This document shows, piece after piece, positions 1-9,081 of a DNA stretch of 64,000 nucleotides. Under the pieces are notes generated by a model. The model was not told the DNA's origin. It searched no databases and worked only from the letters and a program-made list of their open reading frames with translations. Each line of letters begins with the position of its first letter. Position 1 is the first letter of the stretch. The position numbers and the translations under genes are program-made. The DNA comes from an uncultured Candidatus Bathyarchaeia archaeon (GTDB lineage: Archaea; Thermoproteota; Bathyarchaeia; Bathyarchaeales; Bathycorpusculaceae), in NCBI GenBank assembly GCA_964654925.1, contig CAZZKO010000002.1:9589-73588 (forward strand). The letters are read 5' to 3'.

Positions 1-155
1 CTTGTAGCTTCATAACATCATTTATCCACAAATAAATACATTGCGGTTTTGATCATACAGCAAAATTTATGTACAACAAATATTATGCTCTGAAAAGCAT
101 AAAGTATATTTAAAACATCTCCATGGGTAGATTTACAACATGTGGGTTGATTAAA

Positions 156-317
156 TTGCCAATAACAGACCTCTTCAAAAAGACCTTAGCCCAACGGCGG
201 AGACTTTACGTGAAAATATGCCGCGAGTGTGGGGCAAGAAACGCTGGAACTGCCGTTAAATGTAGAAACTGCCGAAGTAAGAACCTTAGATGGAAGAAGA
301 GAGAAATTGTAAAGTAG
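156..317 (+). CDS. rpl40e: 50S ribosomal protein L40e
   Basis: ORF 123..317 has a C-x2-C...C-x2-C zinc ribbon (VKICRECGARN...VKCRNCRSKNLRWKK). TTG at 156 gives the usual ~53 aa; ATG 123 is the alternative start. Confidence 0.85.
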   Translation: MPITDLFKKTLAQRRRLYVKICRECGARNAGTAVKCRNCRSKNLRWKKREIVK

Positions 318-552
318 AAAATTACAATATAGCCTTTTTAGCAACTTTGATCATGGTTTATAATTAACTAAACCCTCCCTTTTAAGCATGCAAAAAATTA
401 TAAACTATAAATGCAAATTTGATATAGTATTTGAGGTGTAAATGCTTGGCTTGTAAGAAGGCAGCAAAGAAAGAGGCTGAGAAAAAAGAAACCGAGAAAA
501 AAGCTAAAAAGAAGAAAGAATGACGCTCTAATCAGCCCTCCCATTCATTTCC

Positions 553-1176
553 CTAATTTTTCTTTAAAATCCTCTGCAATGTCTGCATATTAAAAAAGGT
601 ATTTGAACAGCCATTTTTCAGCAATGGAACAGCTTGACCTGCTATCCCCATGCTTTCCAATACCTTTCCTGCTAATTTTAACTCTTTGCCACAGGCAACT
701 CCGATGACGCCCTCGTAATTCTTGGATTTCAGAATTTTAGGTACACACGAACCTCCAGGAAGAATGTATACATCGTACCCCTCCCCTTCAGCTAAGAACA
801 CTGCTTTGTTAATTAGACAATCTTCAGAACAGTGGGCGCAAATATACGATGGAATATTCGGCTCGAACTTTGCTTTGCATCTGTTGTCCATATATTTCCT
901 CGCGCAATGCGGTAAGAGAAGAGCCCTTCTGCCAGCTCTCTTAAATTTCTCTCTCTCCAAAAGGTTTCTTGCTTCCAGATCCACTAAGTCTTCCAATAAC
1001 TGAATGGCATCAGATAAATTCAATCCTGTTGTTTCTTGGATTTTAAACTTTCTGATAATGTCTTGAAGAGCAGCACCCACCTTTCTATGCATCCTCTTCT
1101 CATAGCCTATTCTAGTTAACTCCGCGAAAAAGAAACGAGGGATCCTCGAAAGGTCAAATGTAAACTTGTAGGGCAT
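553..1176 (-). CDS. DUF116 family Cys-rich protein
   Basis: Motifs LLLPHCARK...CAHCSEDC...ILPGGSCVPKI...GVACGKEL are typical of DUF116. Confidence 0.7.
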   Translation of the reverse strand: MPYKFTFDLSRIPRFFFAELTRIGYEKRMHRKVGAALQDIIRKFKIQETTGLNLSDAIQLLEDLVDLEARNLLEREKFKRAGRRALLLPHCARKYMDNRCKAKFEPNIPSYICAHCSEDCLINKAVFLAEGEGYDVYILPGGSCVPKILKSKNYEGVIGVACGKELKLAGKVLESMGIAGQAVPLLKNGCSNTFFNMQTLQRILKKN

Positions 1177-1179
1177 AAT

Positions 1180-1476
1180 TTAAAGCCTTAAAGTAAAAGC
1201 CCACAGGTCAACTTTGAGGTTTATCTGCCGGCTTTTCGACTTGGTTGATGGCCTTTTCGTTGACGTGCTCCAGAAACTCTTGGAAAGATTTTGCTCCTCT
1301 CGTAGTGCATTTGTTTCTGCTTCCAGCAAGTTAATTCTCTCTAATGCCGCCTTTTTTAGTTTCTCGATTTCTAGAAGCAAATTAGCGCGTTCGGCTTCCA
1401 ATATTTTTATCCTTTCACGTAACTCTCGTAGGGTTTGCATAAGCCCACCCTTTATGACTTTAACTTTCTCTATCAC
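1180..1476 (-). CDS. hypothetical coiled-coil protein
   Basis: Heptad-like LRELRERIKILEAERANLLLEIEKLKK. No recognisable family; the C-terminus is low complexity. Confidence 0.4.
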   Translation of the reverse strand: MIEKVKVIKGGLMQTLRELRERIKILEAERANLLLEIEKLKKAALERINLLEAETNALREEQNLSKSFWSTSTKRPSTKSKSRQINLKVDLWAFTLRL

Positions 1477-1557
1477 GTTCCTAATATTTGTTATCTCCTT
1501 GGACTTCGTTTTCCGTTCCCTATATTTGAGCTGTGATTTGATGGGATCACATTGAAA

Positions 1558-2517
1558 TCAAAGGGTCATGCTAAACATCAGCTTTTCAACAAGTTCCTTG
1601 TAACGGTTCCGAATTGTCACCTCGGTTACTTGCGCTATTTCAGCGATCTCTCTCTGCGTTTTCTTTTCGCCCGTAAGCACGGAAGCTATGTAACTTGCAG
1701 CCGCCGCTATTCCTGTCGGCCCTCGGCCGGATGTAAGTTTCAAATCTTTTGCTGCAGCTAAAATTTTGTGGGCTATTTCCTCCACCTTACCCTGTAAAGT
1801 TAGCTGGTTTGAGAATTTTGTTATGTATTGGCTTGGTTTCATTGGTGGAATGAAATAGTCAAGTTCCTTTATTAAGAAGCGATAGCTGCGGCCAATTTCC
1901 TTTTTATTCACACCTGACGCTTGGGCTATCTCCTCCAAAGTTCTTGGAAGCTCGCATTGTCTGCAGGCTAGGTATATCGCCGCAGACGTTACTCCTTGGA
2001 TGGATCTTCCGCGTATTAAACGCTCCTTAACGACCTTTCTATAAATTAATGATGCAGTTTCAACAATATTCTTGGGCAAGTTTAAGTTACCAGCAATTTT
2101 TGTTATTTCTGACAGCGCGAAGGCAAGATTCCGCTCCGTTGCATCCGAAACTCTTATGCGACGCTGCCACTTTCTTAGACGATAAATCTGGGCCTTCTGT
2201 CCTGGAGATAATCCTTTTCCATGTATATCCTTATCATGCCAGTCAATCATAGTCGACAATCCCTTGTCGTGAATGGTGTATGTTATCGGTGCTCCAACCC
2301 TCGTTCTTTTTGCTCTTTGTTCGTCATCGAATGCTCTCCATTCAGGCCCTCTGTCAGCTATCTTTGCGGCTATGACAACTCCGCAGTTCATGCAAACTAT
2401 TTCTGCATTTTCATAATCGCGCATCAGCCTTGTACTGCCACATTCTGGGCAGAATTGTATTTTAGATTCTTTGACATGCACTGTAGAGCTTGAATCTACA
2501 ACTTCTACATCATCCAT
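1558..2517 (-). CDS. tfb: transcription initiation factor IIB (TFB)
   Basis: N-terminal Zn ribbon CPECGS...CMNCG plus two cyclin-fold repeats. ATG at 2517 (MDDVEVV) sits directly after the Gar1 stop, so the 2553 start is probably too long. Confidence 0.95.
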   Translation of the reverse strand: MDDVEVVDSSSTVHVKESKIQFCPECGSTRLMRDYENAEIVCMNCGVVIAAKIADRGPEWRAFDDEQRAKRTRVGAPITYTIHDKGLSTMIDWHDKDIHGKGLSPGQKAQIYRLRKWQRRIRVSDATERNLAFALSEITKIAGNLNLPKNIVETASLIYRKVVKERLIRGRSIQGVTSAAIYLACRQCELPRTLEEIAQASGVNKKEIGRSYRFLIKELDYFIPPMKPSQYITKFSNQLTLQGKVEEIAHKILAAAKDLKLTSGRGPTGIAAAASYIASVLTGEKKTQREIAEIAQVTEVTIRNRYKELVEKLMFSMTL

Positions 2518-2518
2518 T

Positions 2519-2788
2519 TTAGATCCTACCCGCCTTTTTTCCAGTAGAAACATACAATACTTTATTAACTAGAGTTTCAGGTGACTTTACTTTTGGTTTA
2601 ACCGAGGCATAAGGTGCAGATACGGGGCCGAAAATGTCAAAAACATTCCCAACAGATTTTAAATTTTCGTCGAAGACAACATCACCAATTTTCGGGATTT
2701 TTTCAATCTTAACTATAATGTTCCGGTTCGCACTAACATGAAGCACTCGACCTAGTCTAATCAAATTTAAATAGCCCCGCGGAGACAT
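2519..2788 (-). CDS. gar1: H/ACA RNP protein Gar1
   Basis: [49 protein letters not shown] matches the Gar1 core. It lies upstream of tfb, as is common in archaea. Confidence 0.85.
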   Translation of the reverse strand: MSPRGYLNLIRLGRVLHVSANRNIIVKIEKIPKIGDVVFDENLKSVGNVFDIFGPVSAPYASVKPKVKSPETLVNKVLYVSTGKKAGRI

Positions 2789-2919
2789 GAACCATCAACG
2801 AAGATTTTTATTTAAATCTTTCTACATCATTTTTTGTGGTGAACAACTTTTGATTTTCCGTCGAAACATTCATAAGTAGGTGTTGTTGATAAAGATGTGC
2901 GTTTAAAAGGGTGAGGCTG

Positions 2920-3300
2920 ATGCCAAAACCGTTCTACGTGAAATTTGAGGTTCCGCAAGAGGTTGTAGATGCGGCCTATGAAGCCCTCCAAATAGCCGCA
3001 AAAACAGGTAAAGTTAAAAAGGGCGCTAATGAAACAACAAAGGCCGTTGAGCGTGGACAAGCAAAACTAGTGGTTATAGCGGAGGATGTTGACCCACCAG
3101 AAGTTGTAGCACACTTACCCCTGCTATGCGAGGAAAAGAAAATACCCTACGTCTACGTCCCAAGCAAAGATAAGATAGGAAAAGCTGTTGGAATTGATGT
3201 GTCTGCATCCTCAGCATGCATTATTAACGAAGGTGAAGCTGCAAATTTAGTTAAGGAGATAATAAAGAGAACCGAACAACTCAAGAAAGGCGCTGCATGA
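2920..3300 (+). CDS. rpl7ae: 50S ribosomal protein L7Ae
   Basis: [14 protein letters not shown]...[54 protein letters not shown] 2920 is preferred over GTG 2911. Confidence 0.95.
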   Translation: MPKPFYVKFEVPQEVVDAAYEALQIAAKTGKVKKGANETTKAVERGQAKLVVIAEDVDPPEVVAHLPLLCEEKKIPYVYVPSKDKIGKAVGIDVSASSACIINEGEAANLVKEIIKRTEQLKKGAA

Positions 3301-3533
3301 TGAGTAAGGAAAAAGGAGAAGCTAAATCTGATGAAGAATTGACCCCCGCCGAGGTCATCCAAATTATTGGTCGTACTGGAGTTACTGGAGAGATTACTCA
3401 AGTTCGTGTTCGAATTCTGGAAGGCAGAGATAAGGGACGCATAATAACACGTAATGTGAAAGGTCCAGTTCGCTTACAGGATATTCTAATGCTTAGAGAA
3501 ACCGAGAGAGAAGCTAAGAAAATCACAAGATAG
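3297..3533 (+). CDS. rps28e: 30S ribosomal protein S28e
   Basis: [43 protein letters not shown]. The start overlaps the L7Ae stop (ATGA). Confidence 0.95.
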   Translation: MMSKEKGEAKSDEELTPAEVIQIIGRTGVTGEITQVRVRILEGRDKGRIITRNVKGPVRLQDILMLRETEREAKKITR

Positions 3534-3559
3534 CGTGTTGTTCATGGAGGGGATGTTTC

Positions 3560-3757
3560 TTGCCTAGATTCATAAAATGTTCATTTTGTGGGAATGATTT
3601 TCCAGCAGGCACTGGAATGATGTATGTTAAAAATGATGGTTCAATATTGTGGTTCTGCTCCAGCAAATGCAGAAAAAGTGCCCTCAAACTAAAAAGAGAC
3701 TCACGCAAGCTTAAATGGACTGCATATTACGGAAAAGAGGAGAAGGGCAAAGCCTAA
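3560..3757 (+). CDS. rpl24e: 50S ribosomal protein L24e
   Basis: MPRFIKCSFCGNDFPAGTGMMYVKNDGSILWFCSSKCRK. TTG start is preceded by GGAGGGG. Confidence 0.9.
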   Translation: MPRFIKCSFCGNDFPAGTGMMYVKNDGSILWFCSSKCRKSALKLKRDSRKLKWTAYYGKEEKGKA

Positions 3758-3872
3758 TACTATCAACTTCCCTCAGCTATATTTTCTTTCTGCGTTTAAG
3801 CGACACTGTATAAAGGTAAAAATATTCTGTTAGCGGGAGGGGGTTAAGATAGTTTTAGTAGCGGGGGGTCGA

Positions 3873-3900
3873 CTTTCAAGGGGTTAGGGCTTAACCCCTT
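3873..3900 (-). other. tRNA-iMet intron 2 (non-canonical 59/60 position in the T-loop, 28 nt)
   Basis: This is a perfect hBHBh' motif. The T-stem is GGUCG/CGACC, the central helix UUCA/UGAA, the bulges AAA and AGU, and the outer hairpin AGGGGUUA-AGCCC-UAACCCCU. Cutting after the 2nd bulge nucleotide regenerates the T-loop UUCAAAU. Confidence 0.85.
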
Positions 3901-3922
3901 TTTGAACGACCGATCTCTGGGT

Positions 3923-3943
3923 TTCCAAGAGCTATGTTGCTCT
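3923..3943 (-). other. tRNA-iMet intron 1 (canonical 37/38 position, 21 nt)
   Basis: AGAGCAACAUAGCUCUUGGAA. The hairpin GAGC/GCUC and 3-nt bulges UAA/AAA flank a relaxed central helix CUCA/UUGG (one mismatch, one GU). Confidence 0.8.
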
Positions 3944-4007
3944 TATGAGCCCAGCGGGTTAATCCTGGCTACCCCACCCCGCTATATGTATGCTGAAACG
4001 GAACTTT

Positions 4008-4020
4008 CTTAAATCTTTTT
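4008..4020 (-). promoter_or_regulatory. candidate BRE/TATA for tRNA-iMet
   Basis: The minus strand reads AAAAAGATTTAAG, with the TTTAAG element about 25 nt upstream of tRNA position 1. Confidence 0.4.
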
Positions 4021-4041
4021 AGGATCCGAGAAAAGTTTATT

Positions 4042-4719
4042 ATGTTAATTTTCTCTATCGAGGTTGGTTCGATGATGGACAAGCCCTATACCCGTCAAAT
4101 CTTTAATCCCATGCTCGTTGACCCAATCTTTATCCAAGGCCTTCCGGATGTTGGAAATGTAGGAAAAATTGCTGCTCATCTCATTATCAGGTTCTGCGGA
4201 GCTAGACTTTTTGCTGAGTTATATGCGCCCTATTTCCCCGATCTCGTCCACATAAATTCTGATGGAATCTGTCGGCTGCCAAAATATGAGTTCTATGCTG
4301 CTTCAATGGAGAAGAATGATTTTATTATAATGACTGGAGATACCCAGCCATCGTTTGAAGATGTTTTAGCACACTATCACTTATGTAGCGAAGTACTAGA
4401 CTTTTTAATAAAGAATCGTTGTAGCTTTATCATAACTTTAGGCGGCGTACCCACATCCGATGGTGGGTCCAAAGTTTATGTTGCTGCCACCTCTCGGAGG
4501 CTCGCAATTGAGTTCATGGAAAAAGGAGCAATAATATTTAGCAAAGGTAAGATAGCCGGAGCCACCGGGCTTATGTTAGGTTTAGCTAAGGAACATGGAT
4601 TAGATGGTGTATGCTTACTTGGATCAACAATAGGTCTCCAACCTGACCGCGGCGCAGCCTTCTCTGTTTTCAAGTTTCTCATGAAAGCCCTTGGAAACGA
4701 AGTTAAGGAAGGGTTATAA
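4042..4719 (+). CDS. PAC2 (proteasome assembly chaperone 2-like) family protein
   Basis: IQGLPDVGNVGKIAAHLI... and the overall layout fit the PAC2 family. The start may be the ATG at 4072. Confidence 0.7.
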   Translation: MLIFSIEVGSMMDKPYTRQIFNPMLVDPIFIQGLPDVGNVGKIAAHLIIRFCGARLFAELYAPYFPDLVHINSDGICRLPKYEFYAASMEKNDFIIMTGDTQPSFEDVLAHYHLCSEVLDFLIKNRCSFIITLGGVPTSDGGSKVYVAATSRRLAIEFMEKGAIIFSKGKIAGATGLMLGLAKEHGLDGVCLLGSTIGLQPDRGAAFSVFKFLMKALGNEVKEGL

Positions 4720-4765
4720 GGAGAAACCTTCATCTTAAAGAGATGAGCCTTTAGGAAGTGAAAAC

Positions 4766-5014
4766 ATGGGCGTCATCGTAAAGAAAAATACTCAAGACAA
4801 TATTCTCATCACAGATTTAAATTCGGCTTTCTGGAAGGTTTTTCTCATAATTCTCGCAGCATTTTTGATGTTTGCTGGTCCTACATACCTAGTTCTTATA
4901 CTCATTAATGCACTCAATGTAAATTATGGTGTTTCGATGATTATTGGCTTCATCCTATTCCTGCTGGGCTTATCCATCGTATTATTCCTAACTAAGAGGA
5001 AAATCATCTCCTAA
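4766..5014 (+). CDS. small membrane protein, two predicted TM helices
   Basis: Hydrophobic stretches FWKVFLIILAAFLMFAGPTYLVLILI and MIIGFILFLLGLSIVLFL. Confidence 0.4.
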   Translation: MGVIVKKNTQDNILITDLNSAFWKVFLIILAAFLMFAGPTYLVLILINALNVNYGVSMIIGFILFLLGLSIVLFLTKRKIIS

Positions 5015-5161
5015 AATGTTGCCTCAGATACCCCAGGGAGCATCATTCTCTCAGCTGTTGAGTTCCTCATCGGCACTAGAAAAATAATTGAGGGGTATTA
5101 AAAAGATTCTGTTAACGATCAAAATAGCAACACATTTAAGACATGTCTAAAAAATAAAGCC

Positions 5162-5491
5162 GTGTATGCGAAAAGCCAGGGCGCGGGAAATAAAAACACC
5201 CGAGAAAGGGATAGGGGTTTAACCAGAAGAACAACAATCATTTTGGGAAAAGAGGAAAGGAAGTTTATACACACGCTGATTAGAGAGAGAAAAGAGCCCG
5301 GCATAAAACCGTTAAGAGTTCAAGGCTTTGGGACTTTTTATCTTAAGGACAAATATATCTTAATAAAGGCGCCCTTCATAAATGAGCCTGAAATCTGGAC
5401 GGGCTTTCTGGAAGGGTTGCTTTGTACAGAGCTGGACATTAAGACCATAACTCCACCTCTTGTCTTCGAATTAAAAACCGTAAAAAATTAG
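5162..5491 (+). CDS. hypothetical protein
   Basis: Open frame only, with a basic N-terminus. No family recognised. Confidence 0.3.
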   Translation: MYAKSQGAGNKNTRERDRGLTRRTTIILGKEERKFIHTLIRERKEPGIKPLRVQGFGTFYLKDKYILIKAPFINEPEIWTGFLEGLLCTELDIKTITPPLVFELKTVKN

Positions 5492-5602
5492 ATTTAACAA
5501 GTCTTTCTAGCACTATCAAGCCTTCATGCAATTTTGTGGCGTCGATGAGAAAGATAAAAGCACTTATAGTTGTTTTTAGATGGCCTTTCTTGGTGAATAA
5601 AC

Positions 5603-6652
5603 TTGCGTGAAGCAATGCTTTACGAAAAATTGCAGGATAAAAAAGTGAGATGCCACCTTTGTGGGAGAAGATGTTTAATAAATGATGGGGACACCGGATT
5701 CTGTTTGGTTAGGAAAAATGAAAATGGCTCCCTCTTCACTCTTGTATACGGAAAAGCTATTTCCGCATGCGTTGACCCCATAGAAAAGAAACCCCTTTAT
5801 CATTTCAATCCTGCATCTTCAGTATTATCTATTGCAACTGTCGGATGCAATTTTCGCTGCCAATTCTGTGACAATTGGATGATAAGTCAGAAAAAGGAAA
5901 TTAATGGTAGGGATTTCCCACCGGAGGAGGTTATCAAGGCTGCGGGGGATAATGGCTGCCAGGGGATAAGTTACACGTATACAGAACCCACAATATTCTT
6001 TGAATATGCCTACGAAACGGCTCGGCTTGCGCGTCAAGTTGGACTCTTCAACACGTTCGTAACAAACGGGTACATGACCCCGGAGGCCATTAAGATCATT
6101 GCACCCTACTTGGACGCTGCTACTGTGGACTTTAAGGGCGGAGGAGACCCAGAATTTTACAAAAAATTTTCGTCGGTGCCTTCGGTTGAACCAATTTTCG
6201 AAGCCCTAAAGGAATTGAAGCGGAATAATGTTCACATAGAGATAACAAATCTTGTTGTGCCAAAAGAAGGCGATTCTATCGAGCATATTAAGAAACTTGC
6301 AGTATGGGTAAAGGATAATTTAGGCGAGGATACGCCCTTCCATCTATTACGCTTTCATCCAGACTATAAATTGACAACAATTTCATCCACATCTATCCAA
6401 ACATTAGAAAGGGCCTACGCAGTTGTAAAAAGTGTTGGCCTAAATTATGTTTACATTGGGAATGTTCCAGGTCATCCAGCTGAGAATACATACTGTCCAA
6501 GCTGTAACGAACTTTTAATCAAGCGTTACGGCTTTGAAATTACGAGGTGGAACCTAAAAGGTGACATGCGATGCCCCGTTTGCGATAGGGAGATTCCAAT
6601 AAAGGGTAAACTACACGCAGGCGGATTTTCCTACCCCTATGCCCTATTTTGA
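5603..6652 (+). CDS. amrS: AmmeMemoRadiSam-system radical SAM enzyme
   Basis: N-terminal CHLCGRRC...GFC, the radical-SAM cluster CNFRCQFCDNW, and C-terminal CPSC...CPVC match the family layout. Confidence 0.8.
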   Translation: MREAMLYEKLQDKKVRCHLCGRRCLINDGDTGFCLVRKNENGSLFTLVYGKAISACVDPIEKKPLYHFNPASSVLSIATVGCNFRCQFCDNWMISQKKEINGRDFPPEEVIKAAGDNGCQGISYTYTEPTIFFEYAYETARLARQVGLFNTFVTNGYMTPEAIKIIAPYLDAATVDFKGGGDPEFYKKFSSVPSVEPIFEALKELKRNNVHIEITNLVVPKEGDSIEHIKKLAVWVKDNLGEDTPFHLLRFHPDYKLTTISSTSIQTLERAYAVVKSVGLNYVYIGNVPGHPAENTYCPSCNELLIKRYGFEITRWNLKGDMRCPVCDREIPIKGKLHAGGFSYPYALF

Positions 6653-7767
6653 AGGTTAAATTTTTATGGTTGATGATTATGTGGAAGGTGTTCCGCCCGG
6701 ATGCCGTTGCGGTGTTAAATGATGAGTTGGCGAAGAAAAGTTTAGCCAGGTATTTTGCTGTGATGCAGAATGAAAAACTGGCAAGGTTCATTTTGGCAAA
6801 GATGCTTCCAGCCGATTTTGATGAAAACTTACCTTTAGAGGAGCTTTGGAAAAAACATGATGAACTTACGAGAACCTTCTATAGCTTTGAGAAGGAGCTC
6901 GATACGCAGGGGAAACTGCCATCAGTATCTTTCGCTGAAAGATCCTACTTAGACCTGAAAATTGAAATTTCGCGGCGAATTCTTGAAAAGTGTCATTTCT
7001 GTGTTCGAAGATGCGGTGTAAATAGGCTTAAAGGTCAGCTAGGTTTTTGTAGATGCGGAACAAAAATTGAGGTTTCAAGCATTTTTGAGCATGTGGGTGA
7101 AGAGCCTGAATTAGTTCCCTCCGGAACGATTTTTACCATGGGCTGTACTATCCGCTGTAAGCATTGTCAAAACTGGACAATATCTCAGTGGATGGAGAAG
7201 GGCGAGGTTTTCACACCTGAGAGGTTGGCGAAAGAAGTGGAATGCCTGCGTAAGAGCGGTTGCAGAAACGCAAACCTTGTCGGAGGCGAGCCTACACCAT
7301 GGCTGGAGCAATGGTTAGAGACCTTCAAGCACGTGAACGTCAACATTCCAGTAGTTTGGAATTCCAACACCTATTACAGTCCTGAAACCGCTCAGCTTCT
7401 AGCAGGCTTCGTGGATGTTTATCTTTTGGACTTTAAGTATGGACCCGGAGAATGTGCGGAAAGAATTTCAGAGGCTCCAAATTACTGGAATATCTGCACG
7501 TATAATCATTTAATGGCGAAAAAGTACGGCGAACTTATAATTCGTGTACTTGTGCTGCCGGGTCACCTTGAATGTTGCACGCGTCCCATATTGAGTTGGA
7601 TAGCTGAAAATCTAGATAAAGAAACAAGGGTAAACATCATGTTCCAGTATAGACCGGAATGGCAGGCTTATGAGCTTCCCGAGTTAAGGCGAAGGTTAAC
7701 AAGAAATGAGATGGATGCTGCCATTATAATGGCAAAAGAGTTTGGGCTAAGAAACTTCATAACTTAA
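6649..7767 (+). CDS. PflX-like radical SAM protein (COG1313 type)
   Basis: CHFCVRRCGVNRLKGQLGFCRCG followed by GCTIRCKHCQNW. The start is uncertain (TTG 6649, or ATG 6673/6679). Confidence 0.75.
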   Translation: MKVKFLWLMIMWKVFRPDAVAVLNDELAKKSLARYFAVMQNEKLARFILAKMLPADFDENLPLEELWKKHDELTRTFYSFEKELDTQGKLPSVSFAERSYLDLKIEISRRILEKCHFCVRRCGVNRLKGQLGFCRCGTKIEVSSIFEHVGEEPELVPSGTIFTMGCTIRCKHCQNWTISQWMEKGEVFTPERLAKEVECLRKSGCRNANLVGGEPTPWLEQWLETFKHVNVNIPVVWNSNTYYSPETAQLLAGFVDVYLLDFKYGPGECAERISEAPNYWNICTYNHLMAKKYGELIIRVLVLPGHLECCTRPILSWIAENLDKETRVNIMFQYRPEWQAYELPELRRRLTRNEMDAAIIMAKEFGLRNFIT

Positions 7768-7826
7768 TCTTCAACGAAAGATATTTCTTAAAGGCCGCCC
7801 AACCTTATCTCGTAAAGTGGTTTAAA

Positions 7827-8033
7827 ATGCCCTATTGTCCAGAGTGCGGCGGAAAAATGCGTTATATGTCAGCCATAAAACAGTATGTTTGCCAAAGCTG
7901 CGGTTTATCCGTAACACAACAAGAACTTATGGAGTTAAGAGAGAAATTGAAATCCCCTTCCATTGACAACGAGGAGGAAAAGGAAAAGCGAAGAAAGGAA
8001 TACTTGAAATGGTGGCTTAGCAAGAAAAAATAA
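7827..8033 (+). CDS. zinc-ribbon protein
   Basis: CPECGGKM...CQSCG followed by a charged helical tail. Confidence 0.5.
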   Translation: MPYCPECGGKMRYMSAIKQYVCQSCGLSVTQQELMELREKLKSPSIDNEEEKEKRRKEYLKWWLSKKK

Positions 8034-8093
8034 TTTTTATGGATGGCTGGCCGGTGCGTGCTTTTTAAGTCTTCCTTGTAGAAGGTTATACGA

Positions 8094-8933
8094 ATGAGTG
8101 TGAACATGGAAATAATATGTATAGGCAATGAGCTCTTGATAGGTAAAATTTTAAACACTAATGCTCAGTGGATAGCCAGACGCGCAACCTCGCTGGGTGT
8201 AATTGTTAAAAGGATAACCGTTGTTAGCGACGACGTTGATGAGATAGCGTCAGCAGTAAAAGAGGCCGTGCAGCGGGGGTCACGCTTTATAATAACAACT
8301 GGAGGGTTAGGTCCAACTTTTGATGACAAGACCTTGGAGGGCATAGCAAAAGCCCTAAATAGAGAGTTAAAACTGAATGAAAAGGCCTTAAAAATGATTA
8401 AAGAAAAATATGAATCCTATTTTAAAGCTGGAAAGATCGAAGAGGCTGAAATGGCTTCTTATAGGGCCAAGATGGCTATGCTTCCCGAAGGAGCTGAGCC
8501 CTTGCCAAATCCTGTTGGGACAGCGCCGGGAGTTCTTATCAATACGATGAGTTCAATTCTGATAGCTCTTCCCGGGTTCCCCCATGAAATGGAGGCTATT
8601 TTTGAGAGTTCCATTGTTCCTTTACTTAAGAAAGAGTCTAAAGGGCTAACATTCTACGGGGCAAGCCTGAATGTTAATGGTATTATGGAGTCAACTTTGG
8701 CTCCTCTACTAGAGATTACTATGCGCGATAATCCACATGTCTATATAAAGTCCTATCCGAGAAGCGAAAAGGGGGAACCCCATATTGAGGTTTACTTATC
8801 AACGATAGCCGAGAACTCTGAAATCGCAAAGTCGCGTCTAGGAAGGGCTGCAATTCAGCTTTCAGAACTTGTTAAGGAGAAAGGTGGGAGGGCTAGAGCT
8901 TCGGGTTCAAGTAAAACTTATTCCTCACCTTAA
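8094..8933 (+). CDS. CinA-like molybdopterin-binding (MoCF_BD) domain protein
   Basis: ICIGNELLIGKILNTNAQWIARR...IITTGGLGPTFDDKTLEGIAKAL. Confidence 0.8.
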   Translation: MSVNMEIICIGNELLIGKILNTNAQWIARRATSLGVIVKRITVVSDDVDEIASAVKEAVQRGSRFIITTGGLGPTFDDKTLEGIAKALNRELKLNEKALKMIKEKYESYFKAGKIEEAEMASYRAKMAMLPEGAEPLPNPVGTAPGVLINTMSSILIALPGFPHEMEAIFESSIVPLLKKESKGLTFYGASLNVNGIMESTLAPLLEITMRDNPHVYIKSYPRSEKGEPHIEVYLSTIAENSEIAKSRLGRAAIQLSELVKEKGGRARASGSSKTYSSP

Positions 8934-9081
8934 GTTAAAACCATTGGTTGCGATGAGGGGCAGGCTAGACGCTGACGTGATGATGGAAAATCCGGGTGAC
9001 TTGAGCAACCCTCAACAATTTTGGGAAAGCTTTTACTCTTAAGTTTGAATTTTACTCTTACTTAAATCTTGGTGAACATAA

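Larger units (their letters stand above)
3859..3983 (-). tRNA. tRNA-iMet: initiator tRNA-Met (anticodon CAU) with two introns
   Basis: The reverse complement reads AGCGGGG UG GGGU AGCCAGGAUUA ACCC G CUGGG CUCAUA[21-nt intron]A CCCAG AGAUC GGUCG UUCAAA[28-nt intron]U CGACC CCCCGCU A. This gives a full cloverleaf with the A1:U72 pair, the G29-31:C39-41 pairs and CAU expected of archaeal initiators. CCA is not encoded. Confidence 0.9.

Noticed and set aside
1-13. A minus-strand ATG at 13..11 (ATGAAGCTACAAG...) with a TTTATTT element about 20 nt upstream, suggesting a leaderless gene running out of the left edge.
   Set aside because: Only four codons are visible, so it cannot be supported.
2880-2925. 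A kink-turn in the L7Ae 5' leader (UUGAUAA ... CUGA next to the ATG), which would fit known L7Ae autoregulation.
   Set aside because: The required geometry (canonical stem, then a 3-nt bulge, then tandem G.A pairs) cannot be drawn. The bulge would be 5 nt and the stem relies on GU pairs.
3808-3986. A plus-strand structured ncRNA of about 150 nt. It had a TATAAAGG box at 3808, a terminal helix GCGGGAGGGGG/CCCCACCCCGC and two strong hairpins. I considered an H/ACA sRNA because the Gar1 and L7Ae genes are adjacent.
   Set aside because: The same hairpins are explained completely, and far better, by a minus-strand initiator tRNA-Met with two BHB introns. No ACA box, pseudouridylation pocket or SRP/RNase P signature was present.
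8946-9010. C/D-box sRNA-like elements downstream of cinA: GCGAUGA, CUGA, GUGAUGA and GUGA, plus a possible terminal stem GGUUG/CAACC.
   Set aside because: Box spacing is wrong. D' and C' are separated by only 1 nt, the guide spacers are 15 to 17 nt instead of about 12, and there is no proper terminal CUGA D box adjacent to the stem.
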